Position numbers and translations under genes: made by a program. From a virus: 64,000 nt of DNA. The notes beneath the pieces are model-generated. The model was not told where the DNA came from. It did no database searches and worked only from the letters and a program-made list of their open reading frames with translations. Shown in pieces: positions 45,706-53,282 of this stretch (position 1 is its first letter; the number at the start of each line of letters is the position of its first letter). The DNA is taken from the IMG/VR virus record IMGVR_UViG_3300032304_002285, positions 116,759 to 180,758 of that record; one strand, written 5' to 3'.

Positions 45706-47028
45706 ATGGACAGGCAGGCAATTAAGTTTCACAAGGGTATGGAGTTTGGTGATTGGCATGTTGTTGGTTATAATCCATTAGTTCGTGATATTGGTGGTGT
45801 GAGTGGTGGGTATGTGAGATTAAAGAATATTTTTTCAGGTAAGGTGATTGAGATTAGTTATAAGGGTGATCGGGAGGTATGGGAGAGCATAGTGGAAGGG
45901 AAACGGATAATTGATCATGATTTAATGAGGGTAACGAATAAGGTGTTGGGTTATATGGGAGAGATGGTTGATAGTAGTGTAATGCCATTTGCTGCCAGTT
46001 TAGCTTCTCGCATTGCTTGTGATATGATTGCATCGAGATTGGCTTGTGAGGAATGTAGTTATTTGCCAGGGGATAAGGGTACGGTGGCAATGAGTAGCAG
46101 ACGGAATTTGATTTCGAGCAGGGTATTAGCTGATACGAAGTATGAGTATGATCCGGAGCATAAGCACAAGCCTGAGGGTCCTGGTTGGAAAGAGACTGGC
46201 CATGGATGGAGTACGAATAAAGAGGATTCTGGGGTAGGGGAATCTGGTGGTAGTCATGTTGAGCAGAATCATGAGGAAGAGAAGCCGAAGGTTGTACAGC
46301 ATTTAAAGGATGAGGAGTTATCTCATCGGGTGAAGTTAAAGAAAGAAGATTTAAAGAAGACCTTAGATGATGGTCATTACAGCATTTTATCTGCTGGTAG
46401 GAATTATCGGGATGAGAAAGAGTCGAAGATGCAACCGACTGACAGTTATTTTCATGATAGGACTTTGGCATTAAGGGATGATTTAGAGAAATCCGGTGTG
46501 AAGTATACAGAGGTTGTTGGAGTTTATGACAGTCTTGAGCCGAGTTTTATGGTATTGCACAATTACGAGAAAGATTTTGACGAGAAGACGGCAAGGAATT
46601 ACATGGTTCATCATAATGGTGTAAATGATAAGCATGTGATGAAGACGGTGAACAGATTAGGACAGAAATACAATCAGGATAGTGTATTGCACAGTTTGAA
46701 GGGTAGGAATACGATGGTATTTACTACTGGGGAGCACAGGGGTAAGCATTGTAGCGGGAAGGGTTGGAAGGAAACACCTGATGCTGATAATTTTTACACA
46801 GACATTCCTGTAAAGGACACTGAGAATACGAAAGTGTCATTGGATATTGATGAGTGTTTCAAGAGGAAGTTATTGGCTAGTGAGTTGCGGCGTGTAAAGA
46901 GGTTATTGGCTAAGGATAAGTCTCCATATAGACACGATCCGAATCATGATAATAGACCACCTGGGAGTTATTGGGTTGAGACAGATAAAGGTTGGAGTCA
47001 GTCTGATTATTTAAGTGATTTTGATTAG
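45706..47028 (+). CDS. Multidomain protein with a central SAM-lyase-like domain flanked by two 24-aa repeats
   Basis: YSILSAGRN...VVGVYDSLEPSFMV...RLGQKYNQDSVL; repeats Y..DP.H..[KR]P.G..W.ET..GWS. Confidence 0.55.
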   Translation: MDRQAIKFHKGMEFGDWHVVGYNPLVRDIGGVSGGYVRLKNIFSGKVIEISYKGDREVWESIVEGKRIIDHDLMRVTNKVLGYMGEMVDSSVMPFAASLASRIACDMIASRLACEECSYLPGDKGTVAMSSRRNLISSRVLADTKYEYDPEHKHKPEGPGWKETGHGWSTNKEDSGVGESGGSHVEQNHEEEKPKVVQHLKDEELSHRVKLKKEDLKKTLDDGHYSILSAGRNYRDEKESKMQPTDSYFHDRTLALRDDLEKSGVKYTEVVGVYDSLEPSFMVLHNYEKDFDEKTARNYMVHHNGVNDKHVMKTVNRLGQKYNQDSVLHSLKGRNTMVFTTGEHRGKHCSGKGWKETPDADNFYTDIPVKDTENTKVSLDIDECFKRKLLASELRRVKRLLAKDKSPYRHDPNHDNRPPGSYWVETDKGWSQSDYLSDFD

Positions 47029-47038
47029 GAATTTTTTT

Positions 47039-47461
47039 ATGAACTCTAATAAGATAGCGATGAGATTGGCAATGGAGTTAGCTCCTGTGTGTCAGGTAGA
47101 GAGATTGATTGATGGGACTGGTGTTCCTTTATCTGAGAACGAGCTAAAAGAGGTTTGGGGCAATGTTTTAGATTATTTAGGGTATGAGGACGTTGGGGAA
47201 TGGATGGATATAATAGGGTTTAAGGATGCTGTTGATAGGAATGGTCAGGAGTTGAGTGGGATTGAGAAATGGTTATGTGATGAGGTAATGGAATTAGCCG
47301 ATGATGCTTTAGCTTCTGGTTATCATGAGATGTCCGGGTTAGGGATAAGTTATGTTACGAAGAAAATTGCTTGTGATAGTTGTCCTCCGATGAAAAGAGT
47401 AGGCGGTTTAAACATATTAGCTAGAATTGTTCCTGTTTTAAAAAGCCGAAGGATGAGGTAA
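47039..47461 (+). CDS. Hypothetical protein
   Basis: AGGA SD; coupled to the upstream gene. Confidence 0.55.
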   Translation: MNSNKIAMRLAMELAPVCQVERLIDGTGVPLSENELKEVWGNVLDYLGYEDVGEWMDIIGFKDAVDRNGQELSGIEKWLCDEVMELADDALASGYHEMSGLGISYVTKKIACDSCPPMKRVGGLNILARIVPVLKSRRMR

Positions 47462-47468
47462 TAAGAAT

Positions 47469-47987
47469 ATGAGAAGGATAAGATCAAGGGTAGAGGATGT
47501 ATTAAAGCGGATAGACACTACTATTCGCAATCCTACGATGCGTGATGAGATGAAGGAGAAAGTAATTGATTATAATGAAACGAAAGATGACAGGAAGGAT
47601 TTGAGTTTAAGGGATTCAGAGGTTTTGTATAGGGATGTTGATTATGGCGATGAGCTTCCTTTATCGAAGAAGAGGGATGTAGAGATTGATTGGAGTTCTC
47701 ATGCTGAGTACCGGAGTGAGTTGAGGGATGTATCTCCTGAGAAGGTTAATCAGACGATAGTAGAGAGACTGAAAGATCACTTAAGGGTACCTGAGCATAA
47801 GAAGGTGCAGTTTAAGGAGCCTGGGACTGGGACGATGGTAGTTGATTTTGATACGAAGAGTAATCCTGCTGAGGCAAGAGTTATTACGGTATGGGCGAGT
47901 TTAGTAGATAGAGTTGCTGATTTTGGGTATAATGACAAGATGGTGTTTTCAGAGATTAGGCGTATTTCTTCTTTGCTTGAAGGGTGA
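47469..47987 (+). CDS. DUF4258-like (BECR RNase fold) protein
   Basis: IDWSSHAEYRSELRDVS...ARVITVW. Confidence 0.45.
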   Translation: MRRIRSRVEDVLKRIDTTIRNPTMRDEMKEKVIDYNETKDDRKDLSLRDSEVLYRDVDYGDELPLSKKRDVEIDWSSHAEYRSELRDVSPEKVNQTIVERLKDHLRVPEHKKVQFKEPGTGTMVVDFDTKSNPAEARVITVWASLVDRVADFGYNDKMVFSEIRRISSLLEG

Positions 47988-47990
47988 GTA

Positions 47991-48578
47991 ATGGATTTCA
48001 CAGCATATAGTCATAGTTGTTTGATGGCATTGGTACCTGAGCATATAGCTGCAAGGGTAAGTGCTTTTTCTTTTGCGATACCTGATGATGATATTTATTT
48101 ACTAGATGACGAAGAGCATGGTAGAAGTGATGAGATTCATTGTACTGTAAAATATGGGTTGCACACAAGTAATCCGGATGAGGTAAGGGGTGTGTTGAAG
48201 GGTTTTGATATGATACCGGCTGTATTGGGTGGGGTTACTGTATTTAACAATGCTGATTATATTGTATTAAAGATTGACATTGAGAGTTCTAAGTTAGAAG
48301 AGATGTACAAGGTAGTGTGTTCAAAGTTAAAGCATACTGATTTTTATCAAGGGTTTAAGCCTCATATCACGATAGCTTATTTGAATCAGCGGGAAGATGA
48401 TCCACATTATTATGAGAGATATATGTGTAATGTTTTTCGTGGTGTTGAGATTTTGTTTGACACGATGATTTTTTCTACTTCCTATGGGGATAGGACTTAT
48501 ATTGATTTATGTGGTTGGGGGAGTGATTCATTAAAGGTTGCGAAATTTAATAGAGTAGTTGAGAAGATTTGCAATTAA
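47991..48578 (+). CDS. 2H phosphoesterase (Acb1 / LigT-like)
   Basis: Two HxT motifs: IHCTVKYG and FKPHITIAY. Confidence 0.8.
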   Translation: MDFTAYSHSCLMALVPEHIAARVSAFSFAIPDDDIYLLDDEEHGRSDEIHCTVKYGLHTSNPDEVRGVLKGFDMIPAVLGGVTVFNNADYIVLKIDIESSKLEEMYKVVCSKLKHTDFYQGFKPHITIAYLNQREDDPHYYERYMCNVFRGVEILFDTMIFSTSYGDRTYIDLCGWGSDSLKVAKFNRVVEKICN

Positions 48579-48590
48579 ACGTAAGGGTGG

Positions 48591-48938
48591 TTGTCTTTGA
48601 ATTCGTTAAAAGATTCTCGTTTATCGACAAAGGTTGAGAGTAAGTTAGATGATTCATTGGGGTTGCAGGATGAGGTTAAGAGCATAAAACTAGAATCAAG
48701 TGTATTGAAGTTTTTTGAAGAATCGAAGAAATATAATAATGCTGTGAATGTTTTTTTAGAGGCGATAAAAGGTTCGACTAAAAGTGCTGAGTCATTGAAG
48801 GAGTTTCCTGAGTTAAAAGAGATGGCAGAGTTTAGTAAGGCATTTAAGGGTTGCATTTTAAAGCATGCTTTTATGGATCATAAAGTTTTGAATGAGAAAT
48901 TGAAGAAGGTAATAAAGAAAGACATTTCATGGAAGTGA
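48591..48938 (+). CDS. Hypothetical protein
   Basis: 115-aa helical ORF. Confidence 0.5.
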   Translation: MSLNSLKDSRLSTKVESKLDDSLGLQDEVKSIKLESSVLKFFEESKKYNNAVNVFLEAIKGSTKSAESLKEFPELKEMAEFSKAFKGCILKHAFMDHKVLNEKLKKVIKKDISWK

Positions 48939-49159
48939 TAGATACTTTATATAAGGGTGAGGTTGAGTGTAAGAATTACGGGAGTGTTGTAAGGGATAAG
49001 GTTAAGGGTTGTTGTGGGGTAATGAAGCGGTTTTATGTGATTTCCTGTTTAGAAGGCATGAGGGAATTACAGGCTGATATATATTGCAGACGGCAATTAT
49101 GTCGAAATTATGTGAAGAAGGAGTTAGTAGATGAAAGTGGACCGGTTATTTCTGGTTAA
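48929..49159 (+). CDS. Small Cys-rich hypothetical protein
   Basis: Five-plus Cys in 76 aa; overlaps its neighbours. Confidence 0.45.
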   Translation: MEVIDTLYKGEVECKNYGSVVRDKVKGCCGVMKRFYVISCLEGMRELQADIYCRRQLCRNYVKKELVDESGPVISG

Positions 49160-49409
49160 GAATTGTCCTTCTTGTGCCACGATCAAGGCTCATTTGAATT
49201 GGGGTTTAATTGAGTCTGATAAATTTTTTGGAAAAGATGGACAGAGGCTTTTTGTATTTAATACATTAACAGTTGATGGTGGAAGAGATTTACTTGATAG
49301 ATATGGTTTAGTTGATAAGTATGCACCGTTGTTGATGACACATGATGGGAAGTTATTAGAAGAGGCTGGGGCTATCATTGCGTATATGATGGACAATAAA
49401 ATGATTTGA
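49131..49409 (+). CDS. Glutaredoxin/thioredoxin-fold protein
   Basis: CPSC...YAPLL...DG. Confidence 0.6.
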   Translation: MKVDRLFLVKNCPSCATIKAHLNWGLIESDKFFGKDGQRLFVFNTLTVDGGRDLLDRYGLVDKYAPLLMTHDGKLLEEAGAIIAYMMDNKMI

Positions 49410-49420
49410 GGGGTTTTTAT

Positions 49421-50548
49421 ATGTCTAAGGTAATTCAGCTTTTCCAGCCGAAATATGATGTTGAGTCTTGTCTTAAGTCTATTCGTTCGGTATTGGAGTC
49501 AGGTTGGACTGGTCAGGGTCCGAAGTGTAGTGAGTTTGAGAAGAAATGGGATGAGTTTACTGGAAGGAAATGCAATCAGAGTATTTTTGTAAGTTCTGCT
49601 ACTGCTGCTTTACATATTGCGGTTAGGTTATTGGATTTAAAGAGTGGGGACGGTGTTGCTACTACACCATTAACATTTGTTTCTACGAATGCGGCGATTG
49701 TGTATGAGGGTTTGCGTCCGATTTTTTGTGATTGTGGTAATGATTTAAGTTTAAGTTACGAGAGTGTAAGGTATGCGATTGAGAAGAAGAAGGCGAAGGC
49801 TGTGATCTGGGTTCATTATGGAGGAAACGTTTCTTCTGATTTTTATAAGATGATGGAATATGCTAAAGGGAAGGGGATTCCAGTTATTGAGGATTGTGCT
49901 CATGCTGCTGGGGCATTTTACCAGAATGGGGATAGGGTTGGATCTCGGGTTGATACGATTGCAGCTTTTAGTTTTCATAGTGTAAAGAACATGCCGATCA
50001 TGGATGGTGGGATGTTAAGTGTACCTGATAGGGGCATGGAGAATCGGGCTAGGAAGCTATCCTGGCTAGGGATAGACAAGAGTACGTATGCGAGGACGGA
50101 GGGGAGCATCAATGAGCTTTATAAATGGTCTTATGACGTATCAGAGTTGGGGTGGAAATACAATGGAAATGACATTGCTGCTGCTATCGGGCTTGTGCAG
50201 TTGGATCAGTTAGATAGAGACAATGCTTATCGGGTTTGGTTATATGAGAGATATAAGGAAAGATTAGGGGAAGGGATGTTGGTTGAGCATGAGAATGGGA
50301 GTTCTCATCATTTATTAGTTGCTTGTGTATCGGATAGGGACAAGATGATCGGGGCATTGAAAGTAAATGGCGTTGCTCCTGGGGTTCATTATTTACCGAA
50401 TTACAAATTTCCTGTTTTTAGTGAATATGATCATTCGTTGTGTAAGAATATTGAGGAGAAGAGTAGGCATATAATTAGTTTACCGAATCATCTTGGTTTG
50501 AGTTGTTCTGATGTTGCTGAAATTTGTTTAATGGTAAAATCATGTTGA
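49421..50548 (+). CDS. DegT/DnrJ/EryC1/StrS PLP-dependent NDP-sugar aminotransferase
   Basis: SSATAALH, VIEDCAHA, FSFHSVKNM...DGGM and SLPNH. Confidence 0.95.
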   Translation: MSKVIQLFQPKYDVESCLKSIRSVLESGWTGQGPKCSEFEKKWDEFTGRKCNQSIFVSSATAALHIAVRLLDLKSGDGVATTPLTFVSTNAAIVYEGLRPIFCDCGNDLSLSYESVRYAIEKKKAKAVIWVHYGGNVSSDFYKMMEYAKGKGIPVIEDCAHAAGAFYQNGDRVGSRVDTIAAFSFHSVKNMPIMDGGMLSVPDRGMENRARKLSWLGIDKSTYARTEGSINELYKWSYDVSELGWKYNGNDIAAAIGLVQLDQLDRDNAYRVWLYERYKERLGEGMLVEHENGSSHHLLVACVSDRDKMIGALKVNGVAPGVHYLPNYKFPVFSEYDHSLCKNIEEKSRHIISLPNHLGLSCSDVAEICLMVKSC

Positions 50549-51000
50549 GATTAAATCAGATAAACATTGGGACTGTGGATGATATTAGGTTTCTTTTTGA
50601 GACGAGGACTCATCCTGAGATAATTAAGTATTTGTTTGGGAATCCTCCTGTTTCTATTGAGGTACACACTGAATGGTTATTAAAGAATGTACCGAATTAC
50701 AGGAGGATGTTTATTTTATTTGATGGGGATATTCGTGTTGGATATTGTCATGCTTATGATTTTTTTGACAAGGATACGATAGAGGTTGGGTTTGTAATTC
50801 ATCCTGATTATCAAGGGAATGGTTATGGTAGTTTTATGGTGGGTGAATTAGTTAAGATTATTCAGGGGATCATGCCAGAGAAAAAGATAATTCTTTATGT
50901 ACATATAGGGAATGACAGGGCGATTGGTTTATATAAGAAACATGGTTTTATAGAGAAGGAGCAGAAGGGCAGTGAATTGCTCTTCGAGTATATAAAATGA
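50542..51000 (+). CDS. GNAT N-acetyltransferase (PseH-like)
   Basis: RTHPEI...HTEW; PDYQGNGYG; NDRAIGLYKKHGF. Confidence 0.85.
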   Translation: MLRLNQINIGTVDDIRFLFETRTHPEIIKYLFGNPPVSIEVHTEWLLKNVPNYRRMFILFDGDIRVGYCHAYDFFDKDTIEVGFVIHPDYQGNGYGSFMVGELVKIIQGIMPEKKIILYVHIGNDRAIGLYKKHGFIEKEQKGSELLFEYIK

Positions 51001-53282
51001 ATTATCCAAAAGTTTCAGTTATTTTATCTACATATAGTCGGAATCATGGCGACAAGCATTGTTCTAATCTTTTATGTAGAGCGATTGATTCCATTTTGAA
51101 TCAGACGTTCAGGGATTTGGAATTGATATTGATAGATGATGCATCGAAAGATGGGACTGAGGGGATTTGCAGGGAGTATGCGGAGCAGGATGAGAGGGTT
51201 CGGTATATAAGACATGAGAAGAATTCGGGGAAGCCTGCTGTTCGGTATAATGACGGGATGAAGTTAGCGAAGTCTAATTATTTCTTGTTTATGTTTGATG
51301 ATGACATGTGGTTGCCGAATTGCGTTCAGGATCTTTATGATGAGATTAGGAAAGATAACAGTGTTGGGATGGTTTATGGGTTAGCTGATTTTATAAATAC
51401 AGGGAGTGGAGTTACTGTTGAAGGTTTTGGTGAGCCATGGAATTATGAGAAATTAAAGGATGAGGGGAATTATTTATGTAATTTGTCCGTGATTTTGAAG
51501 AGAGATGTAATAAATTGTGTAGGTGGTTATGATGAGTCTCCTTTATTAAGAAGGCTTTGTGATTGGGACTTATGGGTAAGAATTGGGTCTCAATTTAAGG
51601 TAGTTCGTCTTGAGAGGGTAATTGGGAAGTGTTTTCATTCACAGGGAGACAGTATAGGATCTACAGTTGCACTTTCTGTTGATGATTTGAGAAAGATCAG
51701 GTTGATTCAAAGAGGCAAAAGGGCAGTTAGGCTTAAAGGCGAGATGAAGAAGATGAATAAATTAGTTTTTGCTTTTACGGAACATGATGCTGTTTTAACT
51801 CGTTGGAATATTATTTATATTGCCAATGCATTAAAAGAAGAGGGTATTAATGTCTCTGTTGTTGACGTGAGAACGGAAGAAGGGAAGTCTGTTTGTAGGG
51901 ATTCTGATACTGTTATTTTTTATAGAACAAATGATCAGTCTTCTTTGAATTTGCTAAGAGAATTAAAGACTGAAGGTAAGAGCGTTTTTTATTCCATTGA
52001 TGATTATATATTTCAGCCGGATTGCAAGATAATTGAAGAAGATAATGGTTTAATAAAGTTATTTATTGATGAGTGTGATGGGGTTATTTCTCCGAGTAAA
52101 TATCTCTTGAGTAAAATTCCTGATAACAAGAGGAAGATTTACAGGAAGAATTTTTTAGGGAAAGAGGCGAAAGATTTATTTATTAATGGTGTGGTTGCGA
52201 AATCTGATGAGTTTGTGATTGGGTGGCTTACTGGTATTAACAGACACGAGATGGATTTTTTTGTAAGGGATTATTTGAAGTTTTTGGACAAGGCATTGAA
52301 TAAAGAGAAGGTAAGGTTTGTTTGTTTTGGTAAGCATAGGCTTGGGAAGTTAAAGAATATTAAGGTTGAGGAGTTGGATTATTTTGAGCTAGAAGATTGG
52401 AAGGGGTTATATTCAAAATATCGGGAGTTGGGGTTGGACGTGGTTATTAATCCCGTGAAGGATGATGATGAGTTTTTCAGGTGTAAGTCTGAGCTTAAAT
52501 ATATTGAGGCTGGTGCTCTTGGGACTCCATTAATTGTAACGAAGATTCAACCTTTTGTTGATGTTGTTAAAGATGGCGTTACTGGTTTGTTTGCCAATAC
52601 TCCTGAAGAATTTGTTGAAAAAACTTTATTACTTTTTCAACAAAGAGATTTGTTAAAGGATATGAGTAAAAGCGTTCTTGATGATATTGAAAGGGAATAT
52701 GACGAATCAAAGATAGCAAAGGAATTGCTTGCTGAGTTGACTTCAGTAAAGAGTCGGGTTGTCGAGAGTGCTAAACCAGATGTGGATTTTAAGGAAGAGA
52801 TGGAAGACGTTGTTGATTCAGTGAAAGAGACTGTTGTTGAGAAAGTATTTAATTGGGTTTTAGGGAATTTGTCAGTTTCGGATGATGGGATTGTTGGTCC
52901 TATTTATCCTTTGGCTGAGTTCAAGATGGAATTATCATCTTGTCCTTTTGGTTTAGTTTCTGAGTTGCATGTTTTGGGTGCAACCTATCAGAAGTTTGTC
53001 AGGAATAGTGCTGATTATCGGGTTTATGTAAACAATGAGAAGGTAAGAGAGGGGAAGATTTCTGCTCATGGGATGAAGGATAATACTTGGTGGAAGATGG
53101 TGTTTGACCCGATTAAGGTTGAAGAGGGTGATTCCTTAAGTTTTGTTATTATCCATAGGGACGTTGGAACGAATATTACTTTTAGGACTTGTGAGGATAA
53201 GAAATTTGGGATTGCTAAGGTTGGGGCAAGGGTGGTTCCTCCTGTTGCCATGAGGATTGTGATTGATCAAGGGGAGAAATGA
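50997..53282 (+). CDS. GT2 + GT4-like fusion glycosyltransferase with extra C-terminal domain
   Basis: VSVILSTY, DDASKDGT, MFDDD; FFRCKSELKYIEAGALG. Confidence 0.88.
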   Translation: MNYPKVSVILSTYSRNHGDKHCSNLLCRAIDSILNQTFRDLELILIDDASKDGTEGICREYAEQDERVRYIRHEKNSGKPAVRYNDGMKLAKSNYFLFMFDDDMWLPNCVQDLYDEIRKDNSVGMVYGLADFINTGSGVTVEGFGEPWNYEKLKDEGNYLCNLSVILKRDVINCVGGYDESPLLRRLCDWDLWVRIGSQFKVVRLERVIGKCFHSQGDSIGSTVALSVDDLRKIRLIQRGKRAVRLKGEMKKMNKLVFAFTEHDAVLTRWNIIYIANALKEEGINVSVVDVRTEEGKSVCRDSDTVIFYRTNDQSSLNLLRELKTEGKSVFYSIDDYIFQPDCKIIEEDNGLIKLFIDECDGVISPSKYLLSKIPDNKRKIYRKNFLGKEAKDLFINGVVAKSDEFVIGWLTGINRHEMDFFVRDYLKFLDKALNKEKVRFVCFGKHRLGKLKNIKVEELDYFELEDWKGLYSKYRELGLDVVINPVKDDDEFFRCKSELKYIEAGALGTPLIVTKIQPFVDVVKDGVTGLFANTPEEFVEKTLLLFQQRDLLKDMSKSVLDDIEREYDESKIAKELLAELTSVKSRVVESAKPDVDFKEEMEDVVDSVKETVVEKVFNWVLGNLSVSDDGIVGPIYPLAEFKMELSSCPFGLVSELHVLGATYQKFVRNSADYRVYVNNEKVREGKISAHGMKDNTWWKMVFDPIKVEEGDSLSFVIIHRDVGTNITFRTCEDKKFGIAKVGARVVPPVAMRIVIDQGEK

